Positions 39,437-48,483 of a stretch of DNA of 64,000 bases are shown here, one piece after another. Made by a program: the position numbers and the translations under genes. Each line of letters begins with the position of its first letter. The stretch's first letter is position 1. Origin of the DNA: Candidatus Pacearchaeota archaeon CG_4_10_14_0_2_um_filter_35_33 (GTDB lineage: Archaea > Nanobdellota > Nanobdellia > Pacearchaeales > GW2011-AR1); assembly GCA_002792635.1 (NCBI GenBank), contig PFOR01000027.1, positions 2,563 through 66,562 of the forward strand, read 5' to 3'. The notes beneath the pieces are model-generated. The model worked only from the letters and a program-made list of their open reading frames with translations. It made no database searches and was not told the DNA's origin.

Positions 39437-40144
39437 ATGAGTATAAATTTGCCTCAAATAAATTATGGAAAATTGAAAGGAAGAGTTGAAGATGAACAAA
39501 ATATTGTTTACTATAGGAGGGGGCTTGAAGAGTTATCTTTGAATGTAACAAATGCTTGTCCCAATGCTTGCGCATTTTGCATACGTGACAGAGATCTAGG
39601 ATGGGGTGTTTCAAATCTGTATCTTTCCAGAGATCCTAGTGCTGAAGAAATTATGCAAGCATATGATGAAGAATCTGAGAAAATTTTAGCTTTAGGAGTT
39701 GATATCAAAAAAATAAAAATTTGTGGTTATGGTGAGCCGATACTTAGGTTTGAAGATCTGAAACCAATCGCAAGACATATCAGAGAAAGGGATAGCAATG
39801 ATAATTTAGAAATACAGGTTACAACTACTGGATGGCCTTATTTTAGATTTATTAGTCCGGATGCAAGAAGAATTAGCGAACTTAAAGAGGCAGGCGTATC
39901 TCATATCTATCTTAGTGTTAATGCGTTAGACAAAAAAAACTATGATAAATTAGTAAGACCCGGAATTAACGAAATTGATAATGATGCTTTTAGTGATGCC
40001 TTAAAATTTGGCGCGGGGGCAAAAAAAGCAGGTCTTGATGTTACTTTGGGATTCATACGACTTGGGAAAATAACTAATGAAAAAGTAAAATCATTTGCTG
40101 AAAGATATGGTATGAGATATAGATTACGAGATTTTGAGGAGTAA
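39437..40144 (+). CDS. Radical SAM protein resembling the TatD-associated family
   Basis: LNVTNACPNACAFCIR (CxxxCxxC), LYLSRDPSAEEI, CGYGEP. Confidence 0.88.
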   Translation: MSINLPQINYGKLKGRVEDEQNIVYYRRGLEELSLNVTNACPNACAFCIRDRDLGWGVSNLYLSRDPSAEEIMQAYDEESEKILALGVDIKKIKICGYGEPILRFEDLKPIARHIRERDSNDNLEIQVTTTGWPYFRFISPDARRISELKEAGVSHIYLSVNALDKKNYDKLVRPGINEIDNDAFSDALKFGAGAKKAGLDVTLGFIRLGKITNEKVKSFAERYGMRYRLRDFEE

Positions 40145-40145
40145 A

Positions 40146-40913
40146 ATGGAAGAAACATATGTTAAAGATTATTTTAGTAGGAAGGGGACAGTTTCCTCAT
40201 GGCGGGAACCAGAAACAGGTGATAAATCACATATTTTTGCAAGAGAGATTAAAATATTGGAGGAAATGTTAGATGGGGAAAAGGCAACTGATGCTCTAGA
40301 TATCGCATGTGGGAAGGGAAGGATCTCAAGAACGTTAAACCAAAGAAGACTAAAAACTATTTCTTTAGACATTTTTCAAGAAATGCTTGATATTGGTTAT
40401 CAGAGAGGCGATATTGCCAAAATGCATAGGGGGGATGGAGAAAATTTACATTTTGATGACGAATCTTTTGACGTAGTTACTTGCATTGATGCTCTAGTCC
40501 ATTTCCCAAACTATAAAAAAGCAATTAGCGAAGCTTATCGGATTCTCAGACCAAATGGTGTTTACCTTTGTACGACTAGTAATCCTTATGATTTAGGATT
40601 TATTCCGAGAGTTATATCAAAAGGTATAAGGGCAATTTTTAATAGAGAATCAAGTAGTAAAGGAGAAGGAATATTTCGATATATTACACCAAGTGAAATG
40701 AGAGGAGTCTTAACAAATCAGGGATTTCAAATAGAAGAAGAAACAAGATTGGGAGTTTTGGCTCCAGTTGAAGTTAAGAGTAAGAATGGAAAATATTTCT
40801 ACTTAATTTCGGAATCATTTTCAAGAAGATATGATAATTTAGACAGGGTGTTGGAAAATCTTCCAGTAATTAATAAATTGGCGATAATTTCAGTTTACAA
40901 AGCAAGAAAATGA
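40146..40913 (+). CDS. Class I SAM-dependent methyltransferase
   Basis: LDIACGKG, GDGENLHFDDESFDVV, EAYRILRPNG. Confidence 0.9.
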   Translation: MEETYVKDYFSRKGTVSSWREPETGDKSHIFAREIKILEEMLDGEKATDALDIACGKGRISRTLNQRRLKTISLDIFQEMLDIGYQRGDIAKMHRGDGENLHFDDESFDVVTCIDALVHFPNYKKAISEAYRILRPNGVYLCTTSNPYDLGFIPRVISKGIRAIFNRESSSKGEGIFRYITPSEMRGVLTNQGFQIEEETRLGVLAPVEVKSKNGKYFYLISESFSRRYDNLDRVLENLPVINKLAIISVYKARK

Positions 40914-41842
40914 TCTCTATAATTATTTCTGCCCATAATGAAGAAAAGAATATAAAAAATATACTTGAAGATGTAATAAAAGAAATGAGTTTATTAAGAG
41001 AAGATAGTAAATTATTCATCGGATTGAGCGGTTGTACTGATAAAACAGAAAAAATTGCAAGAGATACAATAAAGAATCATGATCAAAAAATCTTAATTGT
41101 AAAAACTCCCTTAGGTAAGATTAGTTCTCAAAAGAAGATTATTAAATTGGTAAATGAAAAATCTTGGGGGATTTTATTTTTAGATTGTGATGTACGGCTT
41201 AAAAAATATGCAATAAGGAACATAGTAGCTGACGCAAGAAGATATCAAAAAGTAAAAATGTTTTATGCGAAAGAAATTCCTCTTCCAAGAAAGAGCATTT
41301 TCTATAATATAATAAATGTTAGAACCTTAAATCCAAACTACGTAATAGCAAAAGAAAATGTATCTGACTTTCATCCATATATTAAGAATAAAAATAAAAA
41401 GGTATTCGCAACAGGGGGTATGTATCTCATAAGAAGAGGAATTTATGACGTTGATGGAAAAACTATTGGCGATGATAGTTATTTGACTCATTCCATCTAC
41501 CATAGATTTGGTTTTGGAACTATTAAACAAACAGAGAATGCAATTGTTTATTATCAGCCGGTTTATACTTTTAGAAGTTGGATAAAAAAATGGGAGAGGA
41601 TATGGAGCGATATAAACAATTTATATTCATATCATCCTGAATTTAAATATCAGGAGAAATATATGAAACTAAAAATAGGTTTCAGAAAGCTCATTAAAGA
41701 AAGAAAAATAAAATTGATCATTTTCTTTTCTTTTGAACGAACATGGAATAATATTGGGGGATTTGTCTTTAGAAAATTTCTTCTTAACAAAGAGAGTAAA
41801 TGGGACCAATTAAAAGATACTAAAGAGGTAATATTCAAATGA
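40910..41842 (+). CDS. Glycosyltransferase family 2
   Basis: ISIIISAHNEEKNI, FLDCD (DxD), GDDSYL, KKWERIW. Confidence 0.88.
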   Translation: MISIIISAHNEEKNIKNILEDVIKEMSLLREDSKLFIGLSGCTDKTEKIARDTIKNHDQKILIVKTPLGKISSQKKIIKLVNEKSWGILFLDCDVRLKKYAIRNIVADARRYQKVKMFYAKEIPLPRKSIFYNIINVRTLNPNYVIAKENVSDFHPYIKNKNKKVFATGGMYLIRRGIYDVDGKTIGDDSYLTHSIYHRFGFGTIKQTENAIVYYQPVYTFRSWIKKWERIWSDINNLYSYHPEFKYQEKYMKLKIGFRKLIKERKIKLIIFFSFERTWNNIGGFVFRKFLLNKESKWDQLKDTKEVIFK

Positions 41843-42435
41843 AGACAATCTTGTTAGAAGGAACTGAATTAAGTGGGAAAACAACACTTGCAAAAAGCGT
41901 TAGACAAAAGTTGACAAACGAAGGATTTAATATTGTTATTAATTCAGGCCCAATAAATAAGACTTCAAATTTGGTGAACACTCCCTTAAATATCGCTAAA
42001 AAAATACACTCACCATCCCTTAAAGAACTCTTATATACTTTAAGTTTGATTACAGATAGAGTTCCAAAAGAAATGTATCTGGAAGTTGATTTCTTTATGC
42101 AAGAAAGATACTTTCCAAGCGTAATTGCTTATTCAAGAGTGTTTAATTCTTTTGGGATTAATAGATATGTTGGCGATTATCTTCAAAGGTTATATCCTTC
42201 TTTTGATATTAATATTTTAGTTAAAACTAGTTTAGAAACAAGATTGGAAAGAATTAAAACTAGAAATATAAAAACGAAGTTGGACGAGATTATTGAAGAA
42301 AAACCACAAATCGCATCGGATTTAGAAAGAGAAATTCAGAGAGTTTTATGTAAAAAAAGAAACTATTTTGAGTTAAATACTGATGAGATGAACATTGATG
42401 AAGCAACAGAAGAAATTTATAGGAGGATAATATGA
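41839..42435 (+). CDS. Thymidylate-kinase-like nucleotide monophosphate kinase
   Basis: LLEGTELSGKTT P-loop; ERYFPSVIAY (DRY..S..AY-like); RLERIKTR lid. Confidence 0.8.
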   Translation: MKTILLEGTELSGKTTLAKSVRQKLTNEGFNIVINSGPINKTSNLVNTPLNIAKKIHSPSLKELLYTLSLITDRVPKEMYLEVDFFMQERYFPSVIAYSRVFNSFGINRYVGDYLQRLYPSFDINILVKTSLETRLERIKTRNIKTKLDEIIEEKPQIASDLEREIQRVLCKKRNYFELNTDEMNIDEATEEIYRRII

Positions 42436-43040
42436 ATATCCTAATTGTTGGAGCACATCCTGACGATTACGAATTAGGGATGGCAGGGACCATAAAAAAA
42501 CATATTGTAGAAGGGCATAATATAATTTCAATTATTATGTCAAATGGAGAAGCTATAGGAAATACTAATGAGCGAGTAAAGGAAGCAAAAAAATCTGCCA
42601 AATTCTTAGGTATAAAGACGATTTATTTTTTAAAATTTAAAGATACAAAAATAAGTTCAGGTATAGAGTCAATTAAAAAAATTGAACAAATCATTAAAAA
42701 GCATAAAATAGATAGAATATATACTCATTCATTGAGAGATACACATCAGGACCATAGGAACACTTGTCTGGCTGTTCTTTCCGCAGGAAGAAATATGAAA
42801 CAGATATTATTTTTTGAGTCTCCTTCATCAGATCTGGATTTTAGACCAACTTTCTTTATTGATATTTCCAATTATCTAAAAGAAAAGGTAAATTCATTAA
42901 ATATATACAAATCCCTATCAAAGCTAAAAAAAAGATACCTAGAAATTATGGCGATAAAAGATAGCGCATCTTTTAGAGGATATCAGAGTAATTTAAAATA
43001 TGCAGAATGTTTTGAAGTTTTTAGGTTTATAGAAAGATGA
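42432..43040 (+). CDS. PIG-L/LmbE family N-deacetylase
   Basis: GAHPDD and DTHQDH metal motifs; YAECF. Confidence 0.92.
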   Translation: MNILIVGAHPDDYELGMAGTIKKHIVEGHNIISIIMSNGEAIGNTNERVKEAKKSAKFLGIKTIYFLKFKDTKISSGIESIKKIEQIIKKHKIDRIYTHSLRDTHQDHRNTCLAVLSAGRNMKQILFFESPSSDLDFRPTFFIDISNYLKEKVNSLNIYKSLSKLKKRYLEIMAIKDSASFRGYQSNLKYAECFEVFRFIER

Positions 43041-43735
43041 AAATAACAATACACCAACCAAATTTCTTACCTTATTTAGGATTTTTTGATAAATGTGATT
43101 ATGCAGACATATTGGTTTTATATGATTCTACACAATTTAAAAAAAATGATTATCAAAATAGAAATAAAATTAAAGGAAAAGATGGATGGTTCTGGTTGAC
43201 AGTTCCAGTTAATTACAATTTCAGTGATGCAATAAATGAAGTAAAAATTGATAACTCAAAAGAATGGAAAAAAGACCACATAAGATCATTAGAAACATGT
43301 TATTCGGGTTCAAAATATTTTAATCGGTACTTCCCAAAAATAAGAGAAATCTATGAAAAAAATTGGAGTTTTATATCAAATTTTAATATAGGTTTAATTA
43401 GGTTTGTACTTAATGAATTGGGAATAAAATGTAAAGTTGTTTTATCTTCAGAACTAAAGATTAAAAATAATGGAACTGAGGCTCTAATTGAAATATGTAA
43501 AAAGTTAAAATCAGCAGGATATGTTTCTGGAAAAGATGGAAAAAAATATTTGGAGATAAAATCATTCAAAAAAGAAGGATTGGCTATAGAATTTCAAAAA
43601 TATCAGCACCCAGAATACAACCAAAAATTTGGAGAATTTAAACCTTATATGTGTATATTGGATTTACTATTTAATGAAGGACCGAATAGTTTAAAAGTAA
43701 TAAGAGATGGAAGATATTATGAAAGCGAATGTTAG
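43037..43735 (+). CDS. WbqC-like protein
   Basis: IHQPNFLPYLGFFDK, QF.K..YQNRNKI, WLTVPV, ILDLLFNEG. Confidence 0.92.
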   Translation: MKITIHQPNFLPYLGFFDKCDYADILVLYDSTQFKKNDYQNRNKIKGKDGWFWLTVPVNYNFSDAINEVKIDNSKEWKKDHIRSLETCYSGSKYFNRYFPKIREIYEKNWSFISNFNIGLIRFVLNELGIKCKVVLSSELKIKNNGTEALIEICKKLKSAGYVSGKDGKKYLEIKSFKKEGLAIEFQKYQHPEYNQKFGEFKPYMCILDLLFNEGPNSLKVIRDGRYYESEC

Positions 43736-44153
43736 AGTTTCAGGCATTGTCTTTAAAGAAGAAAAAGTGGCTCTAGTCAAGCATGAAAATAAGTATAATG
43801 GAGTTTATTATCTTCTCCCCGGAGGAGGATTGGAAAGAGATGAAACAATTGAGGAATGCGCAATAAGAGAGGTAAAAGAAGAAATAGGATTAGATGTTAA
43901 GATTAAGTCTCTTGCATATTATGAAGATGTAGTTAGTGATGATGATCACACGTTACATTTAATTTTTAGATGCAAGATTATCGGAGGAAAAGTTGAGAAC
44001 TTGGACCCAGATAAGAAAGTTAAAGATATAATTTTTATGGATGAAGAAGAATTTAGGAAAGTAAAATTTTTCCCAGAAAAACTTAAAAAAACTCTTTTTT
44101 CAGAAAAAGATAATGACTTTCCCCTATCTTTAGGAAAAACCCCCTTTCCATAA
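43707..44153 (+). CDS. Nudix hydrolase
   Basis: Nudix box GGGLERDETIEECAIREVKEEIG. Confidence 0.93.
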   Translation: MEDIMKANVRVSGIVFKEEKVALVKHENKYNGVYYLLPGGGLERDETIEECAIREVKEEIGLDVKIKSLAYYEDVVSDDDHTLHLIFRCKIIGGKVENLDPDKKVKDIIFMDEEEFRKVKFFPEKLKKTLFSEKDNDFPLSLGKTPFP

Positions 44154-44156
44154 TCT

Positions 44157-44849
44157 CTATTTTTTAGTAGCTTTAATTATCAATATATCTCCCAGAAGGA
44201 GGGATCTATTTTTAGGAAACATAAAAACAGATAAAATTCTATAGGACATATCTGAAAAGAAATTTAATACAGCATAATTAAATTTTTTAAATAAATTATC
44301 TTTATCAGTATAATAAAGAGTGTACCCTGATGTCCTATTTTCAGTTATTTTATCTATTTTAAAATTATACTTTTCAAGCAAAAAGATAATCTCCCCCAAA
44401 TATAATGGATGGATATGCCGAGAACCTTTATTTCCAAATTCATTTTCTTGAAACCAATGAAATTCTGATTTGAATAGAAATTGAAGTTTTGATTTTACAT
44501 TCTGGATATTTGGAGTAGTTATTATAAGTTGCCCATTCTTCTTTATCACTCTACTTAATTCTTTTATGAATATTGCAGGATTTTCTAAATGCTCAATTAC
44601 TTCAACAGATACTATTTTATCAAAAAAAGAATTGTTAAATGGAATATTATTATTGAAATTTGCTTTTTTGAATGGAATCTTTAATCTAAATCTACTAGGA
44701 TCAATATCGCAAGCATATATCTTTCCATCTTTGTTAACTAATTGTTCTGTAAAAGAACCTTTTCCAGCACCGCAATCTAAGACTTTCTCACCCTTTATAT
44801 CTCCTAGCAATTCAAGTACTTTTTCATGTGTTCCTTTTGATGCTCCCAT
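44157..44849 (-). CDS. Class I SAM-dependent methyltransferase
   Basis: VLDCGAGKG, FDKIVSVEVIEHL, ITTPN. Confidence 0.9.
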   Translation of the reverse strand: MGASKGTHEKVLELLGDIKGEKVLDCGAGKGSFTEQLVNKDGKIYACDIDPSRFRLKIPFKKANFNNNIPFNNSFFDKIVSVEVIEHLENPAIFIKELSRVIKKNGQLIITTPNIQNVKSKLQFLFKSEFHWFQENEFGNKGSRHIHPLYLGEIIFLLEKYNFKIDKITENRTSGYTLYYTDKDNLFKKFNYAVLNFFSDMSYRILSVFMFPKNRSLLLGDILIIKATKK

Positions 44850-44888
44850 CAATTGAAGAGGTTTTCTATAATTTAAATTACTTTCTAA

Positions 44889-45812
44889 TTATACCTTACT
44901 CATCTTTATCAAATCCAACCACCTATTTTTCCCTAGTTCTAATTCTGGAATAGCTAACTCATAAGGACGGCAATTAATTCCCTGATGTTTTCTTATGAAG
45001 TTGTAATAAATTTCATAACCTTTCATGATTGCAGAAGCAGATTCCATACAACCATGAAAGCCACGCATGACTTTTGTTCTTTCTCTAATTGAGTTATGCA
45101 ATCTTTCTATTGGATGATTAAAGCCTCTTTCTGAAGCAATAACTACATTATGAATAATTGGACTTTTATGGTTCCAATGGGTTTTTAACCCAAAACTTTT
45201 CTTTAACATTCTTGGATAACCTTTAAGTCAGTCAGTTGTAATAACTTTAGCTTGGTTTCCTGTTGCAAACTTACCCCTTTTCAAGACTTTGACCATGTTA
45301 TCAATTGTCCTGCTTTTCATGTAGCCAGAAGAAACCATAAAACGAGTTGTTGTGTCCATCATATCAACAAACCAATTTTGTTCTCTTCCTTTTTGATTTT
45401 TGCTTATTCTTCTGTGATATTCCATTTCATCAGATTGTAATTCAATTCCCGATTTAATTTGTAAGTTATCTGTTAGATTGCTTATCATAACTGCATACTT
45501 CGCAATCCAACGATAAGCAGTAGAATAATGGCAATTTTTAGGGTAGAACGCTTTTAGATGCTCTTGTATTTTCCTAAAACTCATCCCATTATAATATAGG
45601 TCCATATAAAGAGTTATTTTCTTTTCATGATTTTTCATCTTGTAAAATCCATCGTCAATAGAAAATCTCCTATTGCAATCTTTACAACCAAATCTCTGAA
45701 CATTGTCTCTATGTTCAGTTTTTCTTATTCCTCTCCTGATTACATTGTTAGAACTACAAAAAATACAGGAAACTTTTTTATACTTCTGTTCTATTATTTC
45801 TTTGGATTTCAT
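44889..45812 (-). pseudogene. IS6/IS240-like DDE transposase with N-terminal Zn finger, broken by one in-frame TGA
   Basis: CIFC...QRFGCKDC; SDEM, ITTD*LKGY (TDG expected), NHPIERLH..IRERTK.MRGF, YYNFIRKH; the two listed ORFs are in frame. Confidence 0.88.
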
Positions 45813-45980
45813 TTGTTTAGCGACGTTTGGAATCTGAGGGTTCTTCGGAACCCTCTTACTTTAATTAGTATAACTACATAAAGTAATACTTCTATATAAA
45901 CCTTTCGGTAGTTAAGTAACCACTAACGAAGTATAACTATATTTAGTAAGATTTATATAGTTTGCTTATTAATTTATTCT

Positions 45981-46127
45981 ATGCCAGAAATAGAAATCAA
46001 AGTTAAAGGATACAAATGTAATAATTGTGGGAACGAATGGTTACCTCGTTCAAAGAAAGAGAAGCCATTAATCTGTCCTAAATGCAAATCTGCAAGATGG
46101 GATAAACCACCAAGAAAGAAAACTTAA
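45981..46127 (+). CDS. Small Zn-ribbon protein, 48 aa, divergent from the transposase (not in ORF track)
   Basis: MPEIEIKVKGYKCNNCGNEWLPRSKKEKPLICPKCKSARWDKPPRKKT*; TATA tttatata about 25 nt upstream. Confidence 0.85.
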   Translation: MPEIEIKVKGYKCNNCGNEWLPRSKKEKPLICPKCKSARWDKPPRKKT

Positions 46128-46141
46128 TTTTTTACTTATCC

Positions 46142-46165
46142 AAGTCCCGTAGATGCAACAATGTA
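46142..46165 (-). repeat. Right terminal inverted repeat
   Basis: AAGTCCCGTAGATGCAACAATGTA; inverse of 38346-38369 at 19/24 positions. Confidence 0.88.
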
Positions 46166-46174
46166 AGCTAGTAG
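46166..46174. repeat. Right target-site duplication AGCTAGTAG
   Basis: Identical to 38337-38345. Confidence 0.88.
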
Positions 46175-46255
46175 GAATATTTATAAACCCTTGATATGGA
46201 TAAGTTGTATAGTTGGGTTCGATTATGATTACCTAGCGGATAGATTATCATTAAG

Positions 46256-46963
46256 ATGGAGAACGAGATTAACGAAGCACATCAAGAAAGCAAAGAAGAT
46301 TCCGTTAGCAAGAAAAGGAAAATAGTTGTTCCTGGAGAGTTTATTGTTAAGGGTGAGGATTTCTTACCTGGTGATGGAGCTAAAAGAGAGGGAGATAATG
46401 TTATTGCAGATAGATATGGGTTGGCAGAGATTGCTGGCAGGATGATTAAGGTTATTCCTTTGTCTGGGGCTTATGTTCCGAGAAGGGGAAACGTTGTTCT
46501 TGGAAGGATTATAGATGTGTTATTTAATGGATGGCTTGTTGATGTCGATTCTGCAGGAAATGCTTTCTTGCCTATAGATGAGTCTCCAAGATTCATAAAC
46601 AGGAATGAAATGGATCAATTCTTGGCAATTGGGGATGTATTGGCTGCTAAGATATGGAGTATTAAAGGAAGGGGGATAGATTTAACATTGAAAGGAAGAG
46701 GATTAGGGAAATTAGATGGTGGATTTGTCTTTAGGATAAACCCTAGCAGGGTTCCAAGAGTTATTGGAAGAGAGGGAAGTATGATTACTCTCATCAAGGA
46801 AAAAACAGGAACTAATATTACTGTTGGACAGAATGGATGGATATGGATTAAAGGAGATAATTTGGATAATGAGATAAAGGCAAGAAATGCAATAGAGTTT
46901 GTTGCTGATAAAGTTCATGTTGATGGATTGACAGATAAAATGGAGCAATGGTTTAGTAATTAA
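46256..46963 (+). CDS. rrp4: Exosome RNA-binding subunit Rrp4
   Basis: VVPGE, YVPRRG.VVLG S1 domain, VPRVIGREGSM KH domain, GQNG.IWI. Confidence 0.95.
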   Translation: MENEINEAHQESKEDSVSKKRKIVVPGEFIVKGEDFLPGDGAKREGDNVIADRYGLAEIAGRMIKVIPLSGAYVPRRGNVVLGRIIDVLFNGWLVDVDSAGNAFLPIDESPRFINRNEMDQFLAIGDVLAAKIWSIKGRGIDLTLKGRGLGKLDGGFVFRINPSRVPRVIGREGSMITLIKEKTGTNITVGQNGWIWIKGDNLDNEIKARNAIEFVADKVHVDGLTDKMEQWFSN

Positions 46964-46964
46964 A

Positions 46965-47660
46965 ATGAAAGTAAAACGAGCATCAGGAAGGGCATGGAAT
47001 GAGTTAAGAAAGATGAAAGCGAAAGTTGGAGTTGTGCCTAATGCAGATGGCTCGGCAATATTTGAATTTGGGGATACTGTTGCAATTGCTGCAGTTTATG
47101 GGCCAAGAAAATTACATCCGCAACACATGCAAGACCCTGCTACAGGAATATTAAGAGTTAATTATGATTTATTGAGTTTTTCAGTTGCTGATAGAAAAAG
47201 GCCGGGTCCTTCAAGAAGAAGTACAGAAATTTCAAAAGTGACTGAATGGGCGTTAGCTCCCGCAATCGATTTGGAAGCATTTCCGAATACAGTTGTTGAT
47301 GTTCAAATCTATATTATACAGGCAGATGCTGGAACAAGAACGGCTGGAATAAATGCAGCCTCTATGGCATTGGCACATGCCGGAATACCTATGAGGGATT
47401 TGATAACGAGTGTTGCAGTTGGAAAGATTGATGAACAGATAATTGTAGATGTTGATAAGGTTGAAGAGGATTATGAAGGAGGAGAAGGTGCGACTGATTT
47501 TCCTATTGCTAAATTGGCGAGGAGTGATGAATATACGTTACTGCAGTTGGATGGAAAGATTCCTCCTGAAAGATTTAAGGAAGCGTTGGATGCTGCAGAT
47601 AAAGCGTGTCAGGAAATCTATGAATTTCAAAAGAAAGCTTTGAAGGAGGTTGGAGAATGA
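46965..47660 (+). CDS. rrp41: Exosome catalytic subunit Rrp41
   Basis: ADGSA, RKRPGPSRR, QADAGTR, EED. Confidence 0.96.
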   Translation: MKVKRASGRAWNELRKMKAKVGVVPNADGSAIFEFGDTVAIAAVYGPRKLHPQHMQDPATGILRVNYDLLSFSVADRKRPGPSRRSTEISKVTEWALAPAIDLEAFPNTVVDVQIYIIQADAGTRTAGINAASMALAHAGIPMRDLITSVAVGKIDEQIIVDVDKVEEDYEGGEGATDFPIAKLARSDEYTLLQLDGKIPPERFKEALDAADKACQEIYEFQKKALKEVGE

Positions 47661-48475
47661 GCTCAATGGATACGTCAAACTTGACAAGAGAAAAGTTAAC
47701 AGCAATGTTTAATGAAGATAAGAGATTTGATGGTAGAAAATTGTTAGATATGAGGGATTTCGAAGTTGAATATGGCGTTTCAAACATGGCTGAGGGGAGT
47801 GCAAGAGTTAAAATGGGAAAGACTGAAGTTATAGTTGGTATAAAGATGGGTACTGGAGAACCCTATCCAGACTCCCAGGATGCAGGAAACCTTATGGTGT
47901 CTGGTGACTTGTTGCCGTTGGCATCTCCACGATTTGAATCCGGGCCACCAAAATTCCCTGCCATTGAATTACCAAGATTGATGGATAGAATGATAAGGGA
48001 ATCCGGAATGATTGATTTGAAAAAATTAGTAATTAAGGAAGGAGAAAAAGTCTGGACTGTCATTGTTGACATTTATCCAATAAATGACGATGGTAGTTTA
48101 ATGGATGCTGCAAGTATTGGATGTGTTGCTGCATTACATAATGCAAAGTTCCCTGGATTGACAGAAGACGATAGGGCAGATTATAAGAATAGAACTGATA
48201 AAAAATTGCCGTTATCTGGTGAGACTATGCCTGTTTCATTCACTTTTTACAAGTTGGGAGACAATTTGATTTTGAATCCAACAAGAGAGGAGGAAGAGGC
48301 ATGTGATACAAAAGTCACATTTGGAATTTCAAAGTGGAATGGCAAGTATATGGTTAATTCTTGCCAGAAGGGAGAAGAAACTGTGTTTAAGAGGGCTGAG
48401 TTGGAAAGAATCATGGAAATTCTTCCTGGGAAATACGAGGACGTAATGAAAAAGCTTAAAAGCTATATAAAATAA
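47657..48475 (+). CDS. rrp42: Exosome subunit Rrp42
   Basis: RFDGRK, AEGSARV, FESGPP, DDGSLMDA. Confidence 0.95.
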   Translation: MSSMDTSNLTREKLTAMFNEDKRFDGRKLLDMRDFEVEYGVSNMAEGSARVKMGKTEVIVGIKMGTGEPYPDSQDAGNLMVSGDLLPLASPRFESGPPKFPAIELPRLMDRMIRESGMIDLKKLVIKEGEKVWTVIVDIYPINDDGSLMDAASIGCVAALHNAKFPGLTEDDRADYKNRTDKKLPLSGETMPVSFTFYKLGDNLILNPTREEEEACDTKVTFGISKWNGKYMVNSCQKGEETVFKRAELERIMEILPGKYEDVMKKLKSYIK

Positions 48476-48483
48476 ATTCTAAT

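Larger units (their letters stand above)
38346..46165. mobile_element. 7.8-kb cargo-carrying IS6-like transposon
   Basis: Terminal inverted repeats (19/24 match), 9-bp flanking direct repeat, internal DDE transposase, visibly more AT-rich, splits the SBDS-rrp4 adjacency. Confidence 0.88.

Noticed and set aside
41839..42435. Housekeeping tmk gene
   Set aside because: Motifs are divergent and it lies inside transposon cargo, so no gene symbol was assigned.
45228..45230. TGA-as-glycine recoding (genetic code 25) suggested by TGA at a conserved Gly
   Set aside because: TGA is a true stop in argS and in cargo genes with ATGA overlaps; a single GGA>TGA mutation is simpler.
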